This document shows, piece by piece, positions 9,514-18,930 of a stretch of DNA of 64,000 bases. The number at the start of each line of letters is the position of its first letter. Position 1 is the stretch's first letter. The translations under genes were made by a program, and so were the position numbers. This DNA comes from Patescibacteria group bacterium (GTDB lineage: Bacteria; Patescibacteriota; Microgenomatia; UBA1400; PJMF01): the NCBI GenBank assembly GCA_016861085.1, contig BOKR01000001.1, positions 896,153 to 960,152 of the forward strand. Direction: 5' to 3'. The notes beneath the pieces were generated by a model. That model made no database searches. It saw nothing but the letters and a program-made list of their open reading frames with translations, and was not told the origin of the DNA.

Positions 9514-11178
9514 CTACACCTCAAAAATCTCGGCAACAATCATTGGCTCTCGGCGAATGACTTTGTACAGTTTTCGTGATAACCGCTTTTCAAGCATTGC
9601 CTTAAGTTGTGAATCTGGGGTCTTTTTTCGTAGCTCCTCTGTAACCAGTGCCGCCACTTCAGTTTTGATAAACTGCACAACTTCATCTGCTTCCTTCATG
9701 AATACAAACCCTCTTGAGACAATTTTGACATTGCGCAAATCATATTCACCTTTTGATTTTGGCACCAAAACCATAACAATTCCAGCTTGCCCTAAAGTTC
9801 TTCTGTCAGATAAAACCATTGGTCCAACGTCACCAATGCCAAGACCATCAACTATTTGAGGTCGTAAGTTGAGTGAGCCTTCGTTTGAAACAGTTCGATT
9901 CTCAAAACCAATAATCTCACCGCTGTCTGGAATTAAAACATGTTCTTCATCATATCCAAGTTGTGAAGCAACCAATTCAAAGAATTTATATCTATGTCTG
10001 TCTTGTCCACCAACCGGCATCACATACTTTGGCCTGACTAAACCGAGTAGTTCCTGTTGTTCTGGAGCTGAAGCATGGCCAGACTTATGTAAGTCAGGCA
10101 TCACATCTGGATATAAAACATGTACCTTGTTTCTGCAAAGTTCATCAATGGCTCCAAAGTAAGCTTGTTCATTGCCTGGAATAGCATCTGCTGAAAAAAT
10201 TACTGTATCTCGAGCGTTAATTCGCAAAATTCTATGCTCGCCGTACACGGCTCGCATTAATGACGAACCTTCCTGACCTTGAGCACCAGCAACAATGACA
10301 CATAACTTTTTGTCATCTACCTCTTCCATATGGCGCTTGTCTACCTTCATGCCTTCTGGCATTTTCAATTTACCAAGTCTGAGTGCGATCTCTACATTTT
10401 GTTCTACAGACCTGCCAATAAACACTACTTTGCGACCTAGTTTCTCGCAAGCATCAATAGTCTGCTGAATTCTGTGGATATGAGAACTCATTAGTGTCAT
10501 CACAATTTTGCCCTCAGTTTCTTGCATGGCTTGCAAAATTGCTGGACCAGCCTTGGCTTCACTTTCCACCCAATCTCTGTATTCAACACGCAAACAATCT
10601 ATTAACATACAAAGTACATTTTCCTCTTTGAGCTGAGAAATGTGCTCAATATCTGTGAGTACCCCGTCAACTGGACTTGGATCTAGCTTAAAATCGCTCC
10701 CATGGTAGATAATTCCCTCTGGGGTAGTAATAACAATGTGACGAGTATCTGGAACAGAGTGCGTTACTGGTAATAATCTAAATGAAAAATGTTGCCCTAA
10801 TTTGATTGTATCGTTGTCACCAGCCACCATAACAGTTCTTGGATCTTCGCCGTCACGCATCCGCTGTTCTGCAAAACCCGCTGTTAAAGCTGAAGCATAA
10901 ATTGGAAATTGAGGTAACACTGGCATGATGTATGGTGTTGCTGCAATATGGTCATCGTGACCGTGACTTAAAACCATTCCAACAACATGTTTACCAGCCT
11001 CCAACTCCTGCAGTAGATATTCAATATCTGGGATCAGCACGTCAACACCTGGCATATAAGAGTCAGGAAATCCAATTCCACAATCCACAATCAGTATTTC
11101 GTTCTCGTACTCATACAAAAACATATTCTGCGTAACATTTCCTAATCCACCCAACGGAACAATTTTTAACTTTGACAT
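9514..11178 (-). CDS. rnj: Ribonuclease J
   Basis: PLGGLGNV, HGHDDHI metallo-beta-lactamase motif, THSVPD, HKSGHA. Confidence 0.93.
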   Translation of the reverse strand: MSKLKIVPLGGLGNVTQNMFLYEYENEILIVDCGIGFPDSYMPGVDVLIPDIEYLLQELEAGKHVVGMVLSHGHDDHIAATPYIMPVLPQFPIYASALTAGFAEQRMRDGEDPRTVMVAGDNDTIKLGQHFSFRLLPVTHSVPDTRHIVITTPEGIIYHGSDFKLDPSPVDGVLTDIEHISQLKEENVLCMLIDCLRVEYRDWVESEAKAGPAILQAMQETEGKIVMTLMSSHIHRIQQTIDACEKLGRKVVFIGRSVEQNVEIALRLGKLKMPEGMKVDKRHMEEVDDKKLCVIVAGAQGQEGSSLMRAVYGEHRILRINARDTVIFSADAIPGNEQAYFGAIDELCRNKVHVLYPDVMPDLHKSGHASAPEQQELLGLVRPKYVMPVGGQDRHRYKFFELVASQLGYDEEHVLIPDSGEIIGFENRTVSNEGSLNLRPQIVDGLGIGDVGPMVLSDRRTLGQAGIVMVLVPKSKGEYDLRNVKIVSRGFVFMKEADEVVQFIKTEVAALVTEELRKKTPDSQLKAMLEKRLSRKLYKVIRREPMIVAEIFEV

Positions 11179-11205
11179 ATAACTTTCAATTAACTACTAT
11201 TATTT

Positions 11206-12012
11206 CTACTTCTTTTTTTTACCTGCAAACAAATCTATCCCCTTATTGTCTCCCCAACCAATGTGGATGAAGAAATTTAATAATCTATTTGTCTTCTCAT
11301 ATCGTTCAAAAAATGATGCACACAACGTTGCTGAAAAAAAGTTTGCAAACACAAACCAATAGCCAGCATTTGTCATATTGAAAACTGGATCTAAGACAAA
11401 ATAGACTAATACGTGTACCAATAAGAAGACTGCCAGAATTAACTTCATAAGTCGCATAAAGTTGCCTTGCTTAGCATCAGACATCCAGATTGCAAAGAAA
11501 GTAAGTGGACCTAAAATAAGGCCAATTGTCAGTAATGAATAAAACTGCAGTTTTGTTGCTGCCACAATCTGAAATGGGATCAGTACATTTGAAATAGATA
11601 CAAACGTGGCCAATAGCATTGCTCCTCCCCAGATGACAATGTGGGTCCACCAGAGATGAAAATATTCGGAAAGATGATAGATATCAAATTCAGGGTCATG
11701 ATGCCGTTTCAGCCAAAATGTTTTAGTAAGTGTATGCATAGCAATAGCTGCCATAACGATAAATGCTAAGACACTAAATGTAGTATCGACAACAAACAAG
11801 TCTGTAACTGAAAGCCTAAATTCAAGTTCATTACGTAGAATGTAAAATAAGAAAGACTTTAACCAAACATACATCGTTGGAGCCAGCAAGAACATATATA
11901 CAAACTGAACAAAATCTAAACGAAAAATTTCAATTCTTTTGTCCTGAATTTTATAGAGAGCAACTCCAAAAAGTGAAGTAAAGAGAGGTATTAAGAGTAA
12001 GAAATATTTCAT
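11206..12012 (-). CDS. Hypothetical polytopic membrane protein
   Basis: About 8 hydrophobic segments and a His-rich loop; TAGAAT 7 nt before the ATG. Confidence 0.65.
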   Translation of the reverse strand: MKYFLLLIPLFTSLFGVALYKIQDKRIEIFRLDFVQFVYMFLLAPTMYVWLKSFLFYILRNELEFRLSVTDLFVVDTTFSVLAFIVMAAIAMHTLTKTFWLKRHHDPEFDIYHLSEYFHLWWTHIVIWGGAMLLATFVSISNVLIPFQIVAATKLQFYSLLTIGLILGPLTFFAIWMSDAKQGNFMRLMKLILAVFLLVHVLVYFVLDPVFNMTNAGYWFVFANFFSATLCASFFERYEKTNRLLNFFIHIGWGDNKGIDLFAGKKKK

Positions 12013-12094
12013 ACAAGCTATTCTAAACAGCGATCAAACCTCTATATAATATCATAAAAAAGTACCCTCTTATATCTGGAAATAAAGAAAACAG

Positions 12095-12817
12095 TTAAAA
12101 TAAGTGTTCAATCACTGATGCCTGTAGTGCATCAAGAGTTTTATCAGATTTTGCAAATTCTTTTTGTAGAGGAGTTAACTCGGGTTCTGGCTCAGGTTTT
12201 TGCTTTGCTGCTACTGCTTTTTGTTCTTTTATCCATGCAATTATCTTAGGAATTTTTTTAAAGTCAGTGGTAAACGCTTGCTTTGTTGCAGTTGATCGAA
12301 GTGCTGCAGCCGGATGATACATTGGTAGCACAAAGCTGGTAAAGCCATCCCATTTTACTTTGTGAAGCTTACCGTGCACTTGGGAAATTTTTGCCGATGG
12401 CAAAAATTTCCCCATACTAAACCGGCCAAGTGTCACAATTAGTTCTGGTTTTAAAATTTCAATCTCCGCATCTAAATACTTCTTGTATGCAGCTAATTCC
12501 TCAATACTTGGATCTCGGTTGTCTGGAGGTCTTACTTTCACAATGTTACTAATATATACCTGTTCTGGCTTAATTCCTGATTCTGTTTCTAGGATTTTGC
12601 GAAATAACTGTCCTGACTTCCCAACAAACGGCCGACGTTCTACCGACTCAAAATATCCTGGTGCTTCACCAATAAATAAGACTTCAGCACTTGATGGCCC
12701 TTCTCCTGGAACAATGTCAGTAGCAGTTTTTGCCAGCGGCAAATGAGGAGCATCTTTCTCTAATTGCGCGTACAACACTTCCAAGTCATGCGACTTTTGT
12801 TGAGTATTTCTATCCAT
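12095..12817 (-). CDS. udg: Uracil-DNA glycosylase, family 4-like
   Basis: FIGEAPG, PFVGKSG, NIVKxRPPDNR, TLGRF, YHPAAALR. Confidence 0.88.
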   Translation of the reverse strand: MDRNTQQKSHDLEVLYAQLEKDAPHLPLAKTATDIVPGEGPSSAEVLFIGEAPGYFESVERRPFVGKSGQLFRKILETESGIKPEQVYISNIVKVRPPDNRDPSIEELAAYKKYLDAEIEILKPELIVTLGRFSMGKFLPSAKISQVHGKLHKVKWDGFTSFVLPMYHPAAALRSTATKQAFTTDFKKIPKIIAWIKEQKAVAAKQKPEPEPELTPLQKEFAKSDKTLDALQASVIEHLF

Positions 12818-12838
12818 ATCAAAAGGATACCACACTAG

Positions 12839-13900
12839 CTAGTACTGTGGCAAGAAAATATTTTTATTTTCTAAAGTAATGACAACCTCTGGATATCCGC
12901 GTTCAACAATAATGCGTACTGCTTTTCGAACAGCTCCCTGCAACGTTCTTTGTAGTGTACGGATACCCGCATCAAACCCGAGTGGTCTGGTTACAACCGC
13001 CCATACTTCATCTTTGATAATAAATTGTTCAGGTCTTAAACCAGCGTCCTTTAGCAAACCAGGTAATATATATTTTTGAGCAATCACAATTTTTTCTTGG
13101 TCTGTATAAGAAGGCATGGATATCTTTTCCATACGGTCCATAACTGCTGTGGCAATTGCTGTTGTATTGTTTGCAGTTGCCAAAAATATTGCATGTGACA
13201 AATTGACTGGGTAGTCAATATAGGTATCTCTAAATGAATGATTTTGAGCAGGATCAAGTAACTCAACCAGTACACCCATAATGTCTTTGTTTGCGTCTTC
13301 ACTGCTTCTATCAATTTCATCAAGTAAAATGATTGGATTCCTCACGCCAGCTTCACAGATTCCCTTGATAACTCTCCCTGGTTCTGAACCAAGGATTAAG
13401 CGAGAATTTCCACGAAGTTCAGTTGCTGAACCCATACCTCCAAATGGAATACGGACCAATTTTCTATCTAACGCCTCAGCTAAAGAAATAGCAAACGTTG
13501 TCTTACCCGTTCCTACCAAACCCACTAAAAGTAAAATCGGAGCACGGAAATCTCCTGCAACATCAGGATTTTGTGAACGTAACTTCAAAACAGAAACATA
13601 CTCAAGAAATCGATTCTTAACATCATGCATGCCATAATGGTGCTTTTCAAAAATTTCTCTGGTTTTGTTGATGTCTAAAACGTCTTGAGTTTCTGCCTGC
13701 CATGGTACTTTTAACACCCAATCAATATATTTAGAAACTTTCTCATATTTTTCGTCATAACTACCAAGCGCTACACTCCGCTCGAGGGCAACAATATCTT
13801 TATCAACTTTTCGTCTAAGTTCGTCAGGAATCTGAGAGCCATTAACCTTTGATTTTAGCTCCTGAATTTCTTGTTCGAGGATTTGATTATAATCGTTCAT
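12839..13900 (-). CDS. Lon-type AAA+ ATPase module without a protease domain
   Basis: YIDWVLKVPW, HYGMHDVKNR, GLVGTGKT (Walker A), LLDEID (Walker B), LLDPAQNHSFRD, DRME; the ORF ends before any Ser-Lys protease domain. Confidence 0.85.
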   Translation of the reverse strand: MNDYNQILEQEIQELKSKVNGSQIPDELRRKVDKDIVALERSVALGSYDEKYEKVSKYIDWVLKVPWQAETQDVLDINKTREIFEKHHYGMHDVKNRFLEYVSVLKLRSQNPDVAGDFRAPILLLVGLVGTGKTTFAISLAEALDRKLVRIPFGGMGSATELRGNSRLILGSEPGRVIKGICEAGVRNPIILLDEIDRSSEDANKDIMGVLVELLDPAQNHSFRDTYIDYPVNLSHAIFLATANNTTAIATAVMDRMEKISMPSYTDQEKIVIAQKYILPGLLKDAGLRPEQFIIKDEVWAVVTRPLGFDAGIRTLQRTLQGAVRKAVRIIVERGYPEVVITLENKNIFLPQY

Positions 13901-13915
13901 ATTGTTCTTCCAGCG

Positions 13916-14200
13916 TTATTCAAAATCAGCGAACACTTGTTTTGCACCATTTAAAGCAGTGATCCCTGCAACCAAAAAGATGACTCCAGCGGCAAATAAT
14001 ATCAACACATCGTGAGCGCCCGTCTGTGGCAAAGTTGTTACTGTTCCCGAACCAGTAGCGGTCCCAGAACTTGTGGCAGTACCAGAAGGAGTTGCAGTCC
14101 CTGAAGTAGTTGCAGATTGAGCAAACGTTGGGCGAGCGAACGACAACAGTACCACAAGCAACAAAACAACAAAAGGCAGTTTTCTAGTCATGTGTATCAT
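13916..14200 (-). CDS. Small exported S/T/G-rich protein with an LPxTG-like motif
   Basis: Signal peptide (TFA-Q), SGTAT x3 plus SGTVT, LPQTG, then a TM helix. Confidence 0.65.
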   Translation of the reverse strand: MIHMTRKLPFVVLLLVVLLSFARPTFAQSATTSGTATPSGTATSSGTATGSGTVTTLPQTGAHDVLILFAAGVIFLVAGITALNGAKQVFADFE

Positions 14201-15122
14201 TATGGCTTTCTATTTGGTTGATTGTCAACAACCCAGGTTTTGCTCCAATCACAGAGATGACTGATTCAGCATTTCGCTTTCCCCAATTACATGAGTCAAT
14301 TATTGTGTTCCCCTTTAGTTGACTGGTAACATAGCCAACAATAAAAGAATCTCCTGCTCCTGTTTCATCAACAATTTTTTTCTCGCGAGCAAAGAATTTT
14401 GTATGAGCTTTGCCTTCGACAAATACTTCTCCACCATATTTACCATTTGTAACAACAATCTGCGGGATGGCTTCTAAAATTTGGCTTCTAACTTCAGAAA
14501 TTGAATCCCATTCGTGTTTATTTACAAAAAGTATATCTATAGGGAGCCGGTTGAGATTAATTTTTCCAGTCGCTAATAGTTCAAGTTCTTTATTACCCGG
14601 ATTCCAAGACATCTTTGTATCTGCGTCTCTGACTACTTCAAAAATAAATTTTAATGTAGCTTCTTGACCAGCTATGCTTGAGAGGTGAACCCATTTTGCT
14701 CTTGAGAGCTGTGCTGAAGGAATATCTTTAGGGTCAAGTTGTGCAGCTGCCCCTCTATGCACCATAATTGTTCTATTCCCATCTTCTCCAAGCAAAATAA
14801 TTGATCCACCGGTTTTTTCATTTTTTTCAGCAACAACCATATTTGTTGCTACAAACTCTTTTCTCAACTCATCAAGAATAAACTGCGCCCATACATCTTT
14901 TCCTAACTCAGTGACAATTCCAGCGCGAAAGCCCATTCGCGCAAAACCAACAGCAGTGTTACTACCACCTCCACCAGATCTAAGAATGTATTCATCAACA
15001 TCGATTTTTTCACCATACATCTGGCACAAAAAAGTACCTTCAGCACTCTTTTTAACTGTAAATGCTTTGGAAATGATAAAACTATCAACAACACTGGAAC
15101 CAATTGAGATTATGTCATACAT
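14184..15122 (-). CDS. PfkB/ribokinase-family carbohydrate kinase
   Basis: SGGGGSNTAVG and DETGAGDSF signatures. Confidence 0.9.
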   Translation of the reverse strand: MYDIISIGSSVVDSFIISKAFTVKKSAEGTFLCQMYGEKIDVDEYILRSGGGGSNTAVGFARMGFRAGIVTELGKDVWAQFILDELRKEFVATNMVVAEKNEKTGGSIILLGEDGNRTIMVHRGAAAQLDPKDIPSAQLSRAKWVHLSSIAGQEATLKFIFEVVRDADTKMSWNPGNKELELLATGKINLNRLPIDILFVNKHEWDSISEVRSQILEAIPQIVVTNGKYGGEVFVEGKAHTKFFAREKKIVDETGAGDSFIVGYVTSQLKGNTIIDSCNWGKRNAESVISVIGAKPGLLTINQIESHNDTHD

Positions 15123-15150
15123 GGGCAGTTATTTCTTACTCTATTCTACG

Positions 15151-15777
15151 CTACGGCCTTGGTTGAAGTCCACAACGATCTGCCAGTTCTTTTTCAAAAG
15201 AATCAAAAGCTTCGATTAACTCCTTTTCGTCTTTAACAATCTTGTAGATGCTTCGTTCTTTATCACCAATAAAAAAGTGATCATTAACTACCTTCATCAA
15301 CTCATGCCAGAACTCACCATATAAAATAATCGGTTTATGGTTTCCGTAGTACAGATGTGCTAAAAGCCAAGCAGTGGACCACTCACTTAAAGTTCCAGTT
15401 CCACCTTGCATGCAGATAAATGCATCAGCATGTTCCATTAATCCAAACATGCGTTCAACATAGTTTGCTGTCTTAATTTCTTTATCAACTAAGTTATCAT
15501 GAAATCTGCCTTCAAATTCAGGCATATCTTTAGGATAAAAAGTAACAGCTATTGTTGTTCCCCCGGCTGCCTGAGCACCTTTGGTAGCTGCATCCATACA
15601 CCCAGGCCCTCCACCATCAACAATAACCTTGTCATTATATGCCAAGTGCCGCGCAACATTGAACGTTTCAAGATACAATGGGTGGTGTTCGTCTACATCA
15701 GCACTACCAAAAATTGCAACATTCTTAATCGTGCAGTGTAAGTTTGGTGCTGGAATCTTAATTTGTGTTTTTAACAT
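15151..15777 (-). CDS. LOG (lonely guy)-family nucleotide phosphoribohydrolase
   Basis: AIFGSA, GGGPGCM, GGTGTLSE, KPIILYG. Confidence 0.88.
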   Translation of the reverse strand: MLKTQIKIPAPNLHCTIKNVAIFGSADVDEHHPLYLETFNVARHLAYNDKVIVDGGGPGCMDAATKGAQAAGGTTIAVTFYPKDMPEFEGRFHDNLVDKEIKTANYVERMFGLMEHADAFICMQGGTGTLSEWSTAWLLAHLYYGNHKPIILYGEFWHELMKVVNDHFFIGDKERSIYKIVKDEKELIEAFDSFEKELADRCGLQPRP

Positions 15778-15804
15778 AATTGCTTTTTCACTCTTTAAAC
15801 AACT

Positions 15805-16470
15805 TTACAAAACTTGTGCTTCTAACTCCTGCAATTTTTCGGCAAAATTTTCTGCTTTCCACAAGGTACTACCAACACCAACTGAAGTGACTCCATGCAT
15901 CTGAAGTTTGGCAATATTTTCAACAGTCACGCCTCCATCTACTATTACTTCTAAAGTAAGATCGCGCTGTGACATCATAGTTCGCAATTCTTTGAGTTTT
16001 GTGTACACTTGATTTTCTAACTCTCTACCTTGAAAACCAGCTTCTATTGCCATTAGTTGGATGATATTGATTCTGTCCCAAAGATCTGGTTCAACAGCTT
16101 CTAATGGAGTATGCAAATTGAGTGAAAATCCAACATTCCAGCCATATCTTCTCACTTCATCAACAAACAGCTCTTGGCTGGACATCTGCTCAATCTGCCC
16201 AATAACACTGCGTACCGGCAACTCCTCTTGGTAATCTACAATGTCTCTCACAAAATCAATTGGCTCCTGGGTTTGCAAATGAAAATCTAATTCCATTCCA
16301 CCAAAATCCATACCCACCAAATCACTGGGGGCAACAGTAATGTTATCTACAAAATAACCATCAATGATGTCTATTTGAACTGTATGTACTAAGCCACTCT
16401 CATTACATAAATCGAGTTGTTTTTGTACTAAGTCGAGTTGATCAGTCAGGATTGTTGGATAAATATTCAT
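15805..16470 (-). CDS. rpe: Ribulose-phosphate 3-epimerase
   Basis: QIDIIDGYFVDN, DFHL, MAIEAGFQG, VDGGV; adjacent to rpiB. Confidence 0.85.
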   Translation of the reverse strand: MNIYPTILTDQLDLVQKQLDLCNESGLVHTVQIDIIDGYFVDNITVAPSDLVGMDFGGMELDFHLQTQEPIDFVRDIVDYQEELPVRSVIGQIEQMSSQELFVDEVRRYGWNVGFSLNLHTPLEAVEPDLWDRINIIQLMAIEAGFQGRELENQVYTKLKELRTMMSQRDLTLEVIVDGGVTVENIAKLQMHGVTSVGVGSTLWKAENFAEKLQELEAQVL

Positions 16471-16476
16471 AACAAG

Positions 16477-16956
16477 TTAAGAGTGTTCTGCTTCAAACTT
16501 TTTAATCTGTGCAATTCTTCTTTCATGTCTAGTATCTTTTCTGTAAATCGCAGTAAGAAACACCTGCACAATTTCTTTTGCCCGCTCTGATGAAATCCAA
16601 TCTCCAGACAAAGTGATAATATTTGCATTGTTGTGTTCTTTTGCATGGATTGCACTGCGTTCATCAAATACACAGACAGCACGAGCACCTTCTACTTTAT
16701 TTGCTGCAATAGTAACTCCACCAGCAGATCTACAGATTATAATTCCAACTGCCCCTGGTTGGGTAACTTGAGCTTCGTTTTCAACTACACGCTGAGCAAC
16801 CCCAAAGGCAACTTGTGGATAATCGTCAGTTGGATCAAGCGTATGTGCACCGACATCTTCTACTTGATATCGTTCACTTTCTAGCCAGGCTTTTAAAACT
16901 TGCTTCTGCTCAAAACCACCATGGTCACTGCCAATGATAATAATTGGTTTTTCCAT
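16477..16956 (-). CDS. rpiB: Ribose-5-phosphate isomerase B
   Basis: GSDHGG, DDYP, IAANKVEGARA, EHNNANI, RHERRI. Confidence 0.92.
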   Translation of the reverse strand: MEKPIIIIGSDHGGFEQKQVLKAWLESERYQVEDVGAHTLDPTDDYPQVAFGVAQRVVENEAQVTQPGAVGIIICRSAGGVTIAANKVEGARAVCVFDERSAIHAKEHNNANIITLSGDWISSERAKEIVQVFLTAIYRKDTRHERRIAQIKKFEAEHS

Positions 16957-17003
16957 ACTCCTATCTTTACACGCGAACTGTACTTAATCAAGTGAAGACA
17001 AGC

Positions 17004-17477
17004 TTACTCGACGATCAGTGTACCCTTCATACCCATTTGCCTGTGTTGACCTACACTACAATAGTACTCATACGTACCTGGTTTATCTGTTGGAATTTCC
17101 AACTCCATTGTCTCTCCTGCTGGGATCATACCAGAGTTTACTGCCAGCTCATCAATAACAAAATCGTGGAATCCTTTTTCGTTTGTAACTGATACTGTCA
17201 ACTTTTCTCCTTGTTTGACTCTTATTTCTTTGACATCAAAACTAAAATCGTCAGCGATCATAGCGATTAGTTGACCTTCAGAGGTTGCCTCTTCAACAAC
17301 TTTTTCCATAACCGACTCATCACCATTAGCAGGGACTTCTTGGGTCGTAGCTTGCTCTACTTGCACATCTTTTAGTTGCTCTGGTGCTGTTTCCTGTTTT
17401 GGCTGACGCAGAGCGCTATAGCCCAAAAAGACAGCTCCTAAAACGAGAACTCCTATAATTGCATACTTTGATTGCAT
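17004..17477 (-). CDS. Membrane-anchored cupredoxin (type 1 copper) protein
   Basis: N-terminal TM; H in GFHDF and YYCSVGQHRQMGMKG supply His/Cys/His/Met ligands. Confidence 0.85.
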   Translation of the reverse strand: MQSKYAIIGVLVLGAVFLGYSALRQPKQETAPEQLKDVQVEQATTQEVPANGDESVMEKVVEEATSEGQLIAMIADDFSFDVKEIRVKQGEKLTVSVTNEKGFHDFVIDELAVNSGMIPAGETMELEIPTDKPGTYEYYCSVGQHRQMGMKGTLIVE

Positions 17478-17519
17478 GTATCCCTTTCTTGCGTGTTTTG
17501 ACACACTTTTATGATTATT

Positions 17520-17852
17520 CTAGTACCCCAACTCAGCTCTAGCTTCTGGAGTCATCATATCGATCATCCAAGGAGGATCAAACGTCAATTCAAGATCAAT
17601 GTCTTCCTTTGGATTGATTCCTTCTAGATCTGACAACTCAGAAACCACCATTTCTCTAAACACCCCTGCCAGTGGACACCCAGGAGTGGTTAAGGTCATA
17701 AGAATGTGAATCTTGGGCTGTGGGCCTGTTTCTTTTTGGACTGTACCAATGGTTACGTCATAGACTAGCCCCATGCTCACAATATCCACATGTAACTCCG
17801 GGTCGATCACTCGCGATAAACAGTGATAGATGTTTTCTTTTGTGGGCTTCAT
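17520..17852 (-). CDS. DUF59/SufT-like metal-sulfur cluster assembly factor
   Basis: VIDPELHVDIVSMGLVY, MTLTTPGCPLA, TFDPPW. Confidence 0.9.
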   Translation of the reverse strand: MKPTKENIYHCLSRVIDPELHVDIVSMGLVYDVTIGTVQKETGPQPKIHILMTLTTPGCPLAGVFREMVVSELSDLEGINPKEDIDLELTFDPPWMIDMMTPEARAELGY

Positions 17853-17896
17853 ACTACGGTACATAATAGTTATAAATGCAAAAGAAAGCAACCACA

Positions 17897-17935
17897 AAAA
17901 AACCCCTCTTCAACCTAAAGTCGATAAGGGGTTTT
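17897..17935 (-). terminator. Probable intrinsic terminator downstream of the 69-aa gene
   Basis: AAAACCCCT...AGGGGTTTT stem with a long T run on the - strand. Confidence 0.55.
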
Positions 17936-17957
17936 CTTAATTCGATCTAATCAGAGA

Positions 17958-18167
17958 TTATTTTGATCTCTTCAAAACAGGCATGTTGGTTCTTTTGGTT
18001 TCCATGACTTCATAGCCTGCTGGAACCTTGTCTAATGCACCTGGTCTGACGTCTCTTGCGAAGAAGTAAATCCTTTGAACTCTACCGTTCTTAAGGGTGA
18101 CTTCTTTGGTGTGCAAGTAATAAACTTGACCCTTTGCATTGGTGTATGAGAAAGCGTTTGCTGCCAT
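17958..18167 (-). CDS. Small basic protein of unknown function
   Basis: SD AAGGAG, apparent own terminator, 69 aa (YTNAKGQVYYLH...IYFFA). Confidence 0.75.
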   Translation of the reverse strand: MAANAFSYTNAKGQVYYLHTKEVTLKNGRVQRIYFFARDVRPGALDKVPAGYEVMETKRTNMPVLKRSK

Positions 18168-18311
18168 ACTTGTACTCCTTTTCTTGCCTATTTTCAGGCT
18201 TCAAATACTTACTTTTATACTGAACACGTCTTTACGTATCTTTTCTAAGCTTATCATACTCGGCGATCACTTCAAGAAGCAAATTATAGTTATTGTGATC
18301 TTATCCTGTTT

Positions 18312-18848
18312 CTAGTTAAGCTCTTCGTTCAAAACTTCTACTTCTAGATCATTTTCTACCTCAAGTGTGCCTCTTAAAACATAGTTTTCATCGGCTACTT
18401 CTGCCTGTGCACTTTCACTGATAATCATTTCGAATGGTAATAGTTCACTTGGGAGTGCAGCAGAACCAATATAGCCACCTTTTCCAGCTACCAATGTGAA
18501 GACTTCTCTCATAGCAGTTCCGTCTATGGAACGAAGCCAAACATGATATTCTGTTGTTGGCTCTGGGAGATTTGCCATAACTGAAAATCTAACTTTATCA
18601 TCTTTTAACTCATATCTGACGACACCATTATTCTCTGGGTCCTGTGAGGTTAAGTCGATGCTTTCATAGTCACCAACACCCTTGATAGATTTGACCATTT
18701 CTTCTTGACTGAGGTTTTCAATTTCTACACCTTCACCCAGTAATGCATATTCGCTTCTTTCAGCACGTAACGTGTACCATCTGAAAACCAGCATAAAAAT
18801 GATACCTAACACTACTAACGGGAAAATGTATGGTGTATATTTTTTCAT
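18312..18848 (-). CDS. Hypothetical membrane-anchored protein
   Basis: N-terminal TM and a beta-rich domain (NLPEP...YHVWL). Confidence 0.65.
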   Translation of the reverse strand: MKKYTPYIFPLVVLGIIFMLVFRWYTLRAERSEYALLGEGVEIENLSQEEMVKSIKGVGDYESIDLTSQDPENNGVVRYELKDDKVRFSVMANLPEPTTEYHVWLRSIDGTAMREVFTLVAGKGGYIGSAALPSELLPFEMIISESAQAEVADENYVLRGTLEVENDLEVEVLNEELN

Positions 18849-18930
18849 TCTGCCCTATCTACTTTCTTATACTTAAACCTAGTTATAGTTATACGTTATA
18901 ACATGGTTTCGTCAAGAGCAAGACGTTGAC

